A DNA stretch of 62,722 nt, filler included, from Acidimicrobiia bacterium (GCA_041619515.1; 5 parts of 5 records of this genome joined end to end with filler, not necessarily neighbours in it); one strand, 5' to 3'. Positions 48,804 to 58,731 are shown, counted from the first letter of the whole stretch. Numbers and translations are program-made. The notes: generated from the sequence alone by a model not told the origin.

Positions 48804-50219
48804 ATGATCGCAATCCTCACCGGGTTCGTGTCCGAGTTGAGGCGGGTCGGCTTGCCCGTTTCCATGGTGGAAGCCATCGACGCCGCCGCTGCGATCGGCC
48901 AGGTCCCCCTCGCCGATCGAGAGGCGCTGCGCTACAGCCTGGCCGCGTGTCTCGTCAAGGACGCTCACCACCTCGAAGCATTCGACGCCGCCTTTGACGT
49001 CTTCTTCGCGCTCAGCCCACCCGTCACCGACCCCGGGGTCGACAGCGCGGTCGCAGGCGGCGCCGCCGGCGAGGGGTCCGGGGTGGGCGAGGCGGACCTG
49101 GCGCCGGTGGTCGACGGGCTGCTCGCAGCATTGGCCGAGCCCGACTACGACGCCTTGCGGGTCATCGCCCGGCAGGTGGTGGGCTCGCTGGCCGGCTTCC
49201 AGCCCGGTCGGCCCGTTGGTGGCCGCTACTACCTGTACCGGGTGCTCAGCAGGTTGGGCGCCGACGGGCTTCCCGCCCGGTTGATGGCCGCCCACGAGGG
49301 CGCCGAGGGGTTCGAGCGAGCCGTGCTTGCCGATGAATACCGGGCGCGTATCGAACGCTTCGAGTCGATGGTGCAAGACGAGATCAGGCGTTTGCTGGTC
49401 GCCGACCGCGGCAGGGAAGCGGTCGCCCGCACCACCCGGGCGCAACTGCTGGAGGACATCGACCTGGCCCACGCTCCCTACTCCGAGATTGCGCGCATGG
49501 AGCGCGTCATCCAGCCGCTCGCCCGCAAACTGGCCGCCCGGCTGGCTCACCGGCGTCGCCATCTGCGCAAAGGCCGCCTCGATATTCGAAGAACCGTCCG
49601 GCACTCGCTGTCCACCGGAGGCCTCCTGGCAGACCCTCAGTTCAAGGCACCCCGGGTTGCCAAGCCCGATATCGTGCTGCTGTGTGACATCAGCGGCTCG
49701 GTCGCCACGTTTGCCCATTTCACGATGCAGCTCATATACGCGATGTCGAGTCAGTTTTCCCGGGTGCGAGCGTTTGCGTTCATCGATGGTGTCGACGAAG
49801 TGACCGGGTTCTTCACTCCCGGGGTCGACTTTCATGATGCGATTGCAAGGATCGGCCGGGAAGCCGCCGTCGTTCATTTCGATGGGCATAGCGACTACGG
49901 AAACGTCCTGGAACAGTTCGCGGACCGGCACCCGGGTGCGGTCACACCTCGAACCAGCGTCATCATCACCGGCGACGGCCGCAACAACTACCGTCCGGCC
50001 CGTCCCGAGCTCCTCGAGACCGTTGCCCGCACCGCCCGGGCCGTCTATTGGCTCAACCCCGAGCCCAGCAGATTCTGGGACACCGGCGACTCGGTCATCA
50101 GCCAGTACGCACCGAGCTGTGATCGGGTGCTCGAAGTGAGAACTCTGCGCCAGCTGGAATCCTTTGTCGAGGGCCTGGCAATGGCCACGGCCTCACACAC
50201 AACGGCTGTCAAGGTCTAG
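48804..50219 (+). CDS. VWA domain protein (CoxE-like)
   Basis: DISGS MIDAS, GDGRNN, WLNPE. Confidence 0.92.
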   Translation: MIAILTGFVSELRRVGLPVSMVEAIDAAAAIGQVPLADREALRYSLAACLVKDAHHLEAFDAAFDVFFALSPPVTDPGVDSAVAGGAAGEGSGVGEADLAPVVDGLLAALAEPDYDALRVIARQVVGSLAGFQPGRPVGGRYYLYRVLSRLGADGLPARLMAAHEGAEGFERAVLADEYRARIERFESMVQDEIRRLLVADRGREAVARTTRAQLLEDIDLAHAPYSEIARMERVIQPLARKLAARLAHRRRHLRKGRLDIRRTVRHSLSTGGLLADPQFKAPRVAKPDIVLLCDISGSVATFAHFTMQLIYAMSSQFSRVRAFAFIDGVDEVTGFFTPGVDFHDAIARIGREAAVVHFDGHSDYGNVLEQFADRHPGAVTPRTSVIITGDGRNNYRPARPELLETVARTARAVYWLNPEPSRFWDTGDSVISQYAPSCDRVLEVRTLRQLESFVEGLAMATASHTTAVKV

Positions 50220-50271
50220 CCGGCACGTGCCGAAGAACTCAGCACAGGTTTCACCGCAAGGAGTACTACAA

Positions 50272-50643
50272 GTGGCACCCCGGATCCTGGTCGTCGAAGA
50301 CTCCCCGGTCATACAGCGGCTCATCGACATGACGCTGCGGGCCGGCGGCTTCGACGTCGAGTTCAGCGATTCCGGTCCCGATGGCCTCGAGAAGGCCATG
50401 ACCGCATCGCACGATGTCGTGATCCTGGATATCGGGTTGCCGGGGCTCGACGGCTGGCAGGTCCTCGAGGCATTGCGCGCCCATGAGCCAACCGCCACGC
50501 TGCCGATCATCGTGCTCACGGCCCACGGCCGAGCTCGCGTCCAGGACGAAGCCGACTCCAAGGGCGCCAACCTCGCCCTCTCCAAGCCCTTCAATCCGGT
50601 CGAGTTCAGAGAAGCAGTCTCGAGTCTCCTGCCTGCCGCCTGA
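50272..50643 (+). CDS. Single-domain response regulator (CheY-like receiver)
   Basis: LVVEDS, LDIGLPGLDG, KPF. Confidence 0.9.
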   Translation: MAPRILVVEDSPVIQRLIDMTLRAGGFDVEFSDSGPDGLEKAMTASHDVVILDIGLPGLDGWQVLEALRAHEPTATLPIIVLTAHGRARVQDEADSKGANLALSKPFNPVEFREAVSSLLPAA

Positions 50644-50743
50644 GACAGGATCCACGGCCTGTCTTGGCCGCCGCCGGGGTCGGGGGGCGCCTACCAGTCG
50701 GCCGACGAGCAACCCCTAGGCGCCGGCCGCCAGGTTCCGTACA

Positions 50744-51346
50744 GTGCTCGCCGTGCCTGCGCTGCTCGCCCTGGCCCTGCTGATGCTCCCCTCACCACGC
50801 TGCGCCATGCCTCCCGTCGCAGGACCGGTGACCCAGCCGTTCGCGCCATCGTCCGGGTTTGGCGGGCACTGGGGAGTCGATTTCGGCGCTGCTGCTGGCA
50901 GCCCCGTTGCGGCCGTCCTGTCGGGAACCGTCACGTTCGCCGGCCTGGTCGTGGACAACCTGTCTGTGACGGTCGACCACGGAGGCGGTGTGCGCACCAG
51001 CTACTCGTTCTTGGGTGAGCTGGCGGTGATACGCGGCGACGTCGTACCCGCCGGAGCTCGGCTGGGTGCCACCGGACGGGCCCATGGAACCGATGCGGTC
51101 CATTTGTCGCTCCGGCGGGAGGATCGGTACCTCGACCCGCTCGGTTTGTTCGACTGCAGCCGGGCCCCCGGCCCGGCCCTCCGCCTGGTTTCGGAGTCTG
51201 GGGCGCTCAGGACTTATGCTGTGCGCCGTGCGGCGCGGAATTCTCGGCGGAACCTTCGATCCTCTCCATGTGGTCCATCTGATGGCCGGCGAGGCGGCGC
51301 GTCACACGCTGGAGCTCGACGTCGTCACCTTCATCACCGCCGGTGA
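50744..51346 (+). CDS. M23 family peptidase (3' end overlaps nadD)
   Basis: Signal peptide, HWGVD (HxxxD), VDHGGGVRTSY, HLSLR...YLDP. Confidence 0.8.
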   Translation: MLAVPALLALALLMLPSPRCAMPPVAGPVTQPFAPSSGFGGHWGVDFGAAAGSPVAAVLSGTVTFAGLVVDNLSVTVDHGGGVRTSYSFLGELAVIRGDVVPAGARLGATGRAHGTDAVHLSLRREDRYLDPLGLFDCSRAPGPALRLVSESGALRTYAVRRAARNSRRNLRSSPCGPSDGRRGGASHAGARRRHLHHRR

Positions 51347-51800
51347 CCCCTATCAGAAGCACGGGATCCCGATGTCGGACAAGGAGCACCGGTGGGCGAT
51401 GACGCAGCTCGGGGTCGGCGGCATCGACTATTTCGAGGCCGACGACCGGGAGGTGAGGCGCCCTGGGCCCTCGTACATGATCGACACCCTCGCCACCTTC
51501 GATGATGACGAGGAGATCATTCTCGTTCTCGGCGCCGATGCCGCAGCCGGCCTCCCATCGTGGCACCGCTGGAAGGAGGTCGTCGATCGGACCCGGGTGG
51601 CGGTGATCTCACGTCCCGGGGTGGCAGAGGAGGAGGTCGTTGCCACCGGGGTTCCGTACATCTGGCTGGATACGCCCGGGATCCCGATCAGCTCGACCCA
51701 GCTGCGGGCGCGTGCCGAAGCCGGCCGTTCGATCCGCTTCTTCGTCCCGGATCCCGTTTGGCGCTACGTGGAGGAGCAACAGCTCTATGTTGCTGCGTAA
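51228..51800 (+). CDS. nadD: Nicotinate-nucleotide adenylyltransferase
   Basis: GGTFDPLHVVH, SYMIDT, LGAD, WHRW, ISST; context upstream of rsfS. Confidence 0.92.
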   Translation: MRRGILGGTFDPLHVVHLMAGEAARHTLELDVVTFITAGDPYQKHGIPMSDKEHRWAMTQLGVGGIDYFEADDREVRRPGPSYMIDTLATFDDDEEIILVLGADAAAGLPSWHRWKEVVDRTRVAVISRPGVAEEEVVATGVPYIWLDTPGIPISSTQLRARAEAGRSIRFFVPDPVWRYVEEQQLYVAA

Positions 51801-52998
51801 GAAGCGCCCCCCGGCCGCGTCGCCGGACCGCTCGCCGGCACCGGCCGACGGCCCCCGCGGCCGGGCCCAGCCGGTGACGCCTGTGGGTGAACCACCCCAG
51901 CCGCAGCGGGCGCCGACGCGACCGAAACGCCAGCGCGGGCGGATCGTGCTGGCGTCGCTGCTGTCGCTCCTCATGCTGGGCGGGGCGGTGGCGTACACCT
52001 GGTGGCAGGCCCGGGATGACACCGGCGCGGCAGCCAACCCGTCTGTGCCGGTCGCCGGGAATAGCCGATCGACGCTCATCGTCGTGTCGGGGGAGAACGG
52101 GCGAGCGGTCAGCCTGGCGCTGCTGGTGAGCGACGGATTGGATGACCAGCGGCTGCTGGTGACCCCGCCCGACCTCACGATGCAGATCCCCGGATACGGT
52201 GACGGCAGCCTGGGCGAGGCGCTCGCCATCGAGGACGCCTCGCTGGTGCGCCTGGCGCTGATCAACGAACTGGGGATACGAATCGACGAGACCATCACAA
52301 TCGGCCCCGGAGACGTTGGCGCCATTCTCGCCGACGCGGTCCGCATCGACCTTCCAAATGCCTTCATCATCAATACCGACGACGGCGAGGTGGTGTCCGC
52401 CAGTGCCGGCTCCGATGTGTTCGTCCCGGCCACCGCCGAGACGCTCCTGGTCACACAGGGGGCCGATTCCCCGCTCGAATGGCTGCAGCGTCAGCGGGCG
52501 GTGTGGGAGGCAATCGCCGGGCAGGTCGCCGTCTCACCCAGCCCGGCCATCGCAATCGCCCCGGCCTTCGAGCCGCTTGCCGACTCGCTCGGACAGGCGG
52601 TCGTCAGCGTCCTGCCCGTCGACCGGGTCGGGGTGGGAATCAGTGAGCTGTACGTGGTGTCGCGTGACTCCGAGCTGCTGAACGAGCGCATCGCCTTTCT
52701 CGCACTGTCGGACGCACCGCGCCCCCGGGTGGAGATCCTGAATGCGACCACCCTCCCGGGGGTGACCCGCCCGGTCGCCGAGACGCTCATCGAGGCCGGC
52801 TTTCGGGTGATCAAGACGGGCAACGCCGAGGAGCGGTTCCGGCTGGACACGCTGATAATCGCCCAGGGTGTGCCGTTCCAGCAGGCCGCGCTCGACACCC
52901 AGTCTCTGCTCGGCGGCGGGGAGGTCGTCGTCGACTCGTCCGGGTCTGGTGTCGTCGACGTCAGTATCATTGTGGGCCGTGACGTCGCCAACCGTTGA
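51787..52998 (+). CDS. Membrane protein with degenerate LCP and LytR C-terminal domain
   Basis: One TM; RVEILNAT...GF.V...GNA...DVSIIVGRD. Confidence 0.8.
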   Translation: MLLRKKRPPAASPDRSPAPADGPRGRAQPVTPVGEPPQPQRAPTRPKRQRGRIVLASLLSLLMLGGAVAYTWWQARDDTGAAANPSVPVAGNSRSTLIVVSGENGRAVSLALLVSDGLDDQRLLVTPPDLTMQIPGYGDGSLGEALAIEDASLVRLALINELGIRIDETITIGPGDVGAILADAVRIDLPNAFIINTDDGEVVSASAGSDVFVPATAETLLVTQGADSPLEWLQRQRAVWEAIAGQVAVSPSPAIAIAPAFEPLADSLGQAVVSVLPVDRVGVGISELYVVSRDSELLNERIAFLALSDAPRPRVEILNATTLPGVTRPVAETLIEAGFRVIKTGNAEERFRLDTLIIAQGVPFQQAALDTQSLLGGGEVVVDSSGSGVVDVSIIVGRDVANR

Positions 52999-53007
52999 GA
53001 GGTAATC

Positions 53008-53391
53008 ATCACAATCGCGCCGGAGACTGAGGCCCTCGCTCGAGCTGCCGCGATTGCCCTTGACGACAAGAAGGCGATCGATGTCGTGTTGCTCGACGTT
53101 CACGAGCTGCTCGTCATCACCGACATCTTCCTGATCGCCTCCGGCAACACCCGTCGCCAGGTGCAATCACTCATCGACGCCGTGGAAGAGGGTTTGCGAG
53201 GGCACGGCCGCAAACCACTGCGGAGAGAGGGAGAAGACGATTCTCAATGGGTTCTGCTCGACTACGGAGACATCGTTGTCCACGTTTTCGACAACCCCAC
53301 CCGGGCTTATTACGACCTCGAGCGTCTGTGGGGAGACGCCCCTCGGCTGGACGCCGGTCTCGCCGCCCGGGAGCCCGCCAAGGAGGCGTAA
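53008..53391 (+). CDS. rsfS: Ribosome silencing factor (probable non-canonical ATC start)
   Basis: DKKAIDV..LDV, DIFLIASG, WVLLDYGDIVVHVF...RAYYDLERLW. Confidence 0.92.
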   Translation: MTIAPETEALARAAAIALDDKKAIDVVLLDVHELLVITDIFLIASGNTRRQVQSLIDAVEEGLRGHGRKPLRREGEDDSQWVLLDYGDIVVHVFDNPTRAYYDLERLWGDAPRLDAGLAAREPAKEA

Positions 53392-53443
53392 ACAAGTTCC
53401 GATTGCCCAGGCGACCGGCCGGGTTACAATCGCGTTTCCCCAA

Positions 53444-53520
53444 GGGGCTGTAGCTCAGCTCGGCAGAGCACTTGCATGGCATGCAAGGGGTCGAGGGTTC
53501 AAATCCCTCCAGCTCCACCA
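53444..53520 (+). tRNA. tRNA-Ala(GGC)
   Basis: GGGGCTG acceptor stem with G3:U70, anticodon arm CTTGC-ATGGCAT-GCAAG, TTCAAAT T-loop, encoded CCA; upstream TTGCCC-N16-TACAAT. Confidence 0.97.
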
Positions 53521-53523
53521 GAG

Positions 53524-53548
53524 GAAACCCAGGTACTGCCTGGGTTTC
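53524..53548 (+). terminator. Hairpin downstream of tRNA-Ala
   Basis: GAAACCCAGG-TACTG-CCTGGGTTTC inverted repeat. Confidence 0.55.
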
Positions 53549-53594
53549 TGCCGTGTTGGAAGTGTTCACCGAACTGCCGAGATCCGGCCCAACC

Positions 53595-53744
53595 CTAGGC
53601 AACCCCACTGGCCATTTCGTTGAGAGCCTCGGCAGCGGCTTCATCCATGCCCGGAAACAGGTGTCCGTAGACATCGAGCGTGGTTTTGATCGAGCTGTGG
53701 CCGAGGCGCTGCTGAATCACCTTGGCATGCTGTCCGGCCCGAAT
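53595..53744 (-). mobile_element. C-terminus of a tyrosine recombinase/integrase (5' truncated by contig end)
   Basis: Manual translation IRAGQHAKVIQQRLGHSSIKTTLDVYGHLFPGMDEAAAEALNEMASGVA*: box II LGH...Y; converges on the tRNA 3' end. Confidence 0.9.
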
Positions 53745-53745
53745 G

Positions 53746-53845
53746 NNNNNNNNNNNNNNNNNNNNNNNNNNNNNNNNNNNNNNNNNNNNTTAATTAATTA
53801 ANNNNNNNNNNNNNNNNNNNNNNNNNNNNNNNNNNNNNNNNNNNN
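53746..53845. other. Artificial contig linker
   Basis: N-TTAATTAATTAA-N. Confidence 0.99.
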
Positions 53846-54799
53846 GGCGGGGAGGGGATCGAGGGGTGGCCCTGTGTCGGCCTGGGCCGCTCGGAAGGCT
53901 TCCGGCCCCATGGTCTCGGCAAGGGGAGTGGCCGTGGCCGGGGGAGGCTCGACGGCGGCTGCGGGCGCTTCACCGGACCGGGCGAGGGTGGCTTTCCACT
54001 CTGTGGCCGTGTCGAATCGGTCGGCGGGGTCCCGGCTGAGGACTCGGGCGAGGGCGCCGGCGAGGGCGGCGGGCACATCGGGCCGCAGCAGCGAGATATC
54101 CACCGGCGGACCGGCCGCCTGGGCTTTCACCACCGCCGGCAGCGAGTCGAACGCATAGGGGACCCGGCCGGCCAGGAGCTCGTACAGGATGACGCCGGCG
54201 CTGTAGAGGTCGGTCCGTTCGTCGACTCGGCCTTCAGCCTGTTCGGGAGCCATGTAGTGCGGGGTGCCGGTGGCGATGGTGGTCTTGGCGCGCGCAAGCG
54301 ACTTGGCAATGCCGAAGTCGGCGAGCACCAGAATCTCGGCGTCTGCCGTCCTTCCGTGGGGATCGGATTGGAAGAGCACCGCCGACGGTTTGAGATCGCG
54401 ATGCACGACGCCGAGCGCGTGGGCGGCTTCCAGCCCCGACGCGATGTCGATGCTGATGGCGGTGGCCTCCTCGACCGTGAATTGACGCCGGTCGATGGCG
54501 CGCTGTCGCATGCGATCCTCGAGTGCGCCCCGGTCGGCCAGAGCCATCACGAAATACGGCCTGCCATCTGGCAGCTCGTCCATATGATGGATGCCGATGA
54601 TGTGGGGGGAGTTGGCCCGCCACAGGATCTTGGCCTCGTCGATGAACCGGCGGCGGACGTCGGCGTCTTTGGCCCAGTTGTCGGCCAGGACCTTGATCGC
54701 GACTGCGGCATCGAGGTCGTCATCGTGAGCCAGCCACACCGTCGCAAACGCGCCGCTCCCCAACACGCGTTCGGTGCGATAGCGACCGATGGTCTCCAC
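53846..54799 (-). CDS. Hanks-type Ser/Thr protein kinase (3' truncated)
   Basis: LGSGAFATV, AIK, HRDLKPSA, DFG, GTPHYMAPE, DLYSAG. Confidence 0.92.
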
Positions 54800-54954
54800 G
54801 TGGCCTCGCAGTTGACTCCGACCCGATGCTACTCAAGCGGGGTTGGGCGATGGCGGAGCGGTGGGGCCCCGCCGGGAGCGAGGTGGGGGACCGATGGCTG
54901 AAACGAAACACGCGCCCCGTTGCCCGGGACGCGTGTCGATCTGGCTGGTTGAGG

Positions 54955-55182
54955 TCAGCCGCCCAGCATGCCGCCGAGCTTGTCGCCGATGCCACCGAGC
55001 ATGCCGCCGTCGTCATCACCGTTGTCGTCACCATCGCCGCCACCGACGAACTTCTCGAGCTGGGCGCCGATGGGCCCTGGCAACTTGTCCTTCATGAAGC
55101 CGACGACGGCTTCGATGGCCTTCTCAGCCTGTTCGGCCGAGATGCCGGCTTTCTCCTGCACGAGTTCGAGCAGTTTTTCCAT
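54955..55182 (-). CDS. Small hypothetical protein (Gly/Asp-rich C-terminus)
   Basis: GGAGGAG SD upstream; LVQEKAGISAEQAEKAIEAVVGFMKDKLP. Confidence 0.75.
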   Translation of the reverse strand: MEKLLELVQEKAGISAEQAEKAIEAVVGFMKDKLPGPIGAQLEKFVGGGDGDDNGDDDGGMLGGIGDKLGGMLGG

Positions 55183-55278
55183 GTCTCCTCCTGGAAGATG
55201 CTACGTCCGGAGGTTAGACCCGGCACCGGGGGCGAAAGTTCTCGGGTGAGCGGCAGCCGGCAGTGCAGGCGTGCTGGT

Positions 55279-55470
55279 TCAGCTGGCCCGGCGGAGATCC
55301 TCGTCACGCACGGCACGTTCGAAGGGGAGCGTGACGAGCAGGCTGGTGGGGCGGTACGGGCCGTCTCCGTCGAGCAGGTCGGACACCAGGATGCCGCGCA
55401 CCAGGTCGTGGTTGCAGTGATCTTCACATCGGCGGTACGGGTCGTCGATGTGGTCGAACTCGTATTCCAT
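55279..55470 (-). CDS. Small hypothetical protein
   Basis: 63-aa ORF filling a gap on the same strand as its neighbours; no recognised motif. Confidence 0.4.
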   Translation of the reverse strand: MEYEFDHIDDPYRRCEDHCNHDLVRGILVSDLLDGDGPYRPTSLLVTLPFERAVRDEDLRRAS

Positions 55471-55531
55471 ATGGCCTGTATCGGCAGCGTGCGGTCACGG
55501 CTTAGGAGTGCTTTTCGGGCGCTGATTCTGA

Positions 55532-55885
55532 CTAGTCCCAGCCCAGCTCGTGGAGGCGCTCGTCGTCGATCCCGAGATGATGGGCGATCTCGTGCAGCAC
55601 GGTGGTGCGCACCTCCTGCTCGAGGTCGGGGATCGACAGGCCGAGGCTCAGATGCGGTCGTTGGAAGATGACGATGCGGTCGGGCAGGGCCATGGTGTAC
55701 TCGAAGCCGCGATCGTGCAGCGAGACACCCTCGTAGATGCCGAGGATGTCCTCGCCGTAGGGGTCCTGTTCGGGCGTGGCGTGATCCTCGACCACGACAA
55801 TCACGTTGTCGAGCGCTTCCAGCACCCACTCGGGGAGCTGCTCGAGTGCCCGGTCGACGAGGGCTTCAAAAGCATGGCGTTTCAC
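55532..55885 (-). CDS. Minimal zincin metallopeptidase (DUF1025-like)
   Basis: LGIYEG, PDRIVIF, HEIAHHLGIDDERLHELGW. Confidence 0.9.
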   Translation of the reverse strand: MKRHAFEALVDRALEQLPEWVLEALDNVIVVVEDHATPEQDPYGEDILGIYEGVSLHDRGFEYTMALPDRIVIFQRPHLSLGLSIPDLEQEVRTTVLHEIAHHLGIDDERLHELGWD

Positions 55886-55915
55886 GATGCGAAGCCTACG
55901 AGTAGCGTGGAGCCC

Positions 55916-56293
55916 ATGAACCATCACGATGTTCTGCGATGGGTGGACGCCTACGAGGTCGCCTGGGAGACCAACGACCCCGATCAAATAGGCGCCCTGT
56001 TCACCGACGACGCCCAGTATCGAACCCGCCCCTATCGCGACCCGATCGTCGGACGGGACGCGATCGTTGCCTGGTGGCTCCAGCACCGGGATGAGCACGG
56101 CGCCTGGGACTTCGACGACCTGGTGCTCGGGGTCAGCGAGGATCTGGGGTTTGTACAGGCTGAAACGGTCTACGCCGAGCCGGAGATGCGCACGTACCAC
56201 AACCTGTGGGTGATCCGTCTCGATGAGGCCGGCCGCTGCCGCGAATTCACCGAATGGTGGATGCGCGAGCCGGCTCCCGAGGTCAGCGGGTAA
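55916..56293 (+). CDS. NTF2/SnoaL-like protein
   Basis: WVDAY..AW......ALFTDDA.Y...GRDAI...GRCREFTEW. Confidence 0.85.
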   Translation: MNHHDVLRWVDAYEVAWETNDPDQIGALFTDDAQYRTRPYRDPIVGRDAIVAWWLQHRDEHGAWDFDDLVLGVSEDLGFVQAETVYAEPEMRTYHNLWVIRLDEAGRCREFTEWWMREPAPEVSG

Positions 56294-57548
56294 TCGGGCC
56301 CGGTTCGGGCTCGGTGACGGTGAGCGAGGCGATGCCGACCGCCAGCGGAAGGACTGCGAAACCGAGTGCTGCCGAGGTGTAGTCGCCCAGGGCCGTGCGA
56401 GCCAGTGAGAACGCTACCGGGCCGATCGCCGAGGCTCCGACACCGATGAACGTCGACATCCCCTGGATGGCGCCGATGTTGGCGAGGCCGAACCAGCGGG
56501 GGAGCACGGTGGCGGCCAGCGGTCGCTGCGCACCGGCGGCGGCTCCGAGCGTGACCGCGTACAGAACCACCCGCCAGCCGGGAGCGGCCACTTCGATGAG
56601 GAGAAGCCCGGCAAACATGAGCCCCATCGATGCCGCCAACAGGAACCGGACCGGGATCCGGTCCGAGAGGGCACCCACCACCAGCCCGGCCAGGATCGCC
56701 CCCACAACCTGGGGAAGGAACATGGTGGCGGCCTCAGTGGCGGAGAGACCGGCGTCACCGAGAATCGAGATCTGATGGAAGTTGAGGGCGGTGACGAGCA
56801 TCGCCGTCGTCGCAACGGTCAGGCTCAGCAGCCAGAAGCGAACCTCGCCCACCGCTTCCCGGCGGGAATGGGAGCGAGCGGCGGTTCGGGGGGTGGAACC
56901 GGCCGCCGGGGCGGCATCTCCGTCGGTGTATTGGCCGATGTGGGCGGGCCGGTCGATGATCCCGAAATAGCCGATTGGCACGACGATCACCCACACTGCC
57001 GCGGCCGCCAGTAACCATGCAGTTCGCCAGCTGTATGCCTCGATGGCCAGGTTGAGCAGGACCGGAGCCAGGCTCATGAGAGCGCTGACGGCGGTCATCA
57101 TCACCCCGAACACCGCGCCGCGACGTCGCTCGAACCAATGGGTCACGGCGACGGTGCTGGCCAGAGAGAGCGATCCTTGCCCCAACAGGCGGATGAGCGT
57201 GAAGCCTGCCGCCAGGGTGACGAATCCGCGCACACCGCTCATCGCCACCAGCCCGGTCCCGAAAGCGAGCCCGATGAAGATCAGCGCCCGGCGGGAGCCG
57301 ATGCGGTCCACCCACCGTCCCACCGACGGCAGGGCGAGTGCGCCCAGGAGTGTGCCGATGAGGTAGGCGGTGGAAACCTGCGAACGGGTGAGGTCGAGAT
57401 CGCCGATCAAAGGGTCGACGAATACCGAGACGCCGATGGTCTGGCCCGGGCCGGTCATGGCTGCGGTGATCGTGGCAAGGATGACGATCCGCCACCCGAC
57501 GAAGCGGCGGTGCGCCTTCGGTGCGCCGACGGGGCTCGGCTGCGTCAT
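56283..57548 (-). CDS. MFS transporter
   Basis: About 12 TMs; GRWVDRIGSRR motif A. Confidence 0.92.
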   Translation of the reverse strand: MTQPSPVGAPKAHRRFVGWRIVILATITAAMTGPGQTIGVSVFVDPLIGDLDLTRSQVSTAYLIGTLLGALALPSVGRWVDRIGSRRALIFIGLAFGTGLVAMSGVRGFVTLAAGFTLIRLLGQGSLSLASTVAVTHWFERRRGAVFGVMMTAVSALMSLAPVLLNLAIEAYSWRTAWLLAAAAVWVIVVPIGYFGIIDRPAHIGQYTDGDAAPAAGSTPRTAARSHSRREAVGEVRFWLLSLTVATTAMLVTALNFHQISILGDAGLSATEAATMFLPQVVGAILAGLVVGALSDRIPVRFLLAASMGLMFAGLLLIEVAAPGWRVVLYAVTLGAAAGAQRPLAATVLPRWFGLANIGAIQGMSTFIGVGASAIGPVAFSLARTALGDYTSAALGFAVLPLAVGIASLTVTEPEPGPITR

Positions 57549-57666
57549 GGCGGTCCTCGTGTCATCGGCGGGCGGCCTGCAACTCTAACCCCCGCCGGGC
57601 GTAGGCCTATCGGCTGAATAGGCTGACGGCAGTGTCCCAGGCTCAGGTCCCAACCCAGATCATCGG

Positions 57667-58731
57667 ATGAGCATTCCGTTTGCGGTGCGGCGTCCCTGGC
57701 TGTTGATGCGCGGTGCCCTCACGCCCCGCGAGCGGCCCCCGCTCGAGCGCTTGGCCTCCATCACCGACCCGATGCAGTTTGTGTGGGCGATCCTGCCACA
57801 CGCAGCTCGAGCCTTCGCCCCCAGCATCCTCATGTTGCCGGCCCCCCACAGCCGGACGGCGGCCGTTGCCTACCTGTATTGCCGCATGCTCGACACCTAT
57901 GAGGATCTCAGCAGCCCCACCGATCGCCAGGCCGGCCTCGAGGCATTCGCCGCTCGCATGAGGACTCTCGAACCGGTGCCGGCTGTGCCCCTCGAGGCGC
58001 GCAACGCTCGGGATCGGGCGCACCTGCTTCTGGTCGAGCGGTGCCGGCTTGTAGACGAAGTGTTCGTGACGATTCCGGCCCAGGATCGTGAACGGGTCGT
58101 GTCGTTGGTCGAGTCGATGGCAAAAGGCATGGTCTGGTCGGCGCAGCGGTTGGCGGCCCAGGGGGGTGTCCTGGCGGATGCAGGGCAGCTGAGCCGGTAC
58201 TGCCATCATGTCATCGGCGAACCGGTGTTGTTCGCACTGGGACTGGTTGCGGATGTTGAGCTCACTCCGCAACGTCGCCGGGACGCGCTGGCAGTGAGTG
58301 AGTTGATCCAGCTTGCCAACATCACCCGTGACCTCGAACGCGACCTCGAGCGCGGTATCGCCTATCACCCATCGCTGCTCCCGCATCTCGGTCGGCGCGA
58401 TGCGGACGGGCCGGTGCGCGAGGCCCGCCGCCAGCTGATGGCTCAGGCGCTTCCCCACGCGACGGCGTTTGCCCGGCTGTCGGAGGGGATGGGGACCAGC
58501 CGCTTCAGCCTCGCCCGCGCGTCGGCGGTGGTCATGCTGCTGCACACGGACCGTCACTACGAGAGATGTGCCCGGACGGTCGGACTCCCCGGATGGCGAG
58601 GCCCCGGCAAGAAGGGCACGATGGTCCTTGCTGGATTACTCGCCGCCTTCTCGCGCCGCTGGTCGCAGCGCCTGATGCGACGCGTCGAGCACGACTTCCT
58701 CTCGGCAGCCGCTGCCCTTCAAGCGGGCTGA
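57667..58731 (+). CDS. Squalene/phytoene synthase family protein
   Basis: AYLYCRMLDTYED, YCHHV, QLANITRDLERD. Confidence 0.88.
   Translation: MSIPFAVRRPWLLMRGALTPRERPPLERLASITDPMQFVWAILPHAARAFAPSILMLPAPHSRTAAVAYLYCRMLDTYEDLSSPTDRQAGLEAFAARMRTLEPVPAVPLEARNARDRAHLLLVERCRLVDEVFVTIPAQDRERVVSLVESMAKGMVWSAQRLAAQGGVLADAGQLSRYCHHVIGEPVLFALGLVADVELTPQRRRDALAVSELIQLANITRDLERDLERGIAYHPSLLPHLGRRDADGPVREARRQLMAQALPHATAFARLSEGMGTSRFSLARASAVVMLLHTDRHYERCARTVGLPGWRGPGKKGTMVLAGLLAAFSRRWSQRLMRRVEHDFLSAAAALQAG

Noticed and set aside
51260..51280. NadD HVVH instead of HxGH
   Set aside because: Other motifs and context are intact; a single substitution cannot support a functional claim.
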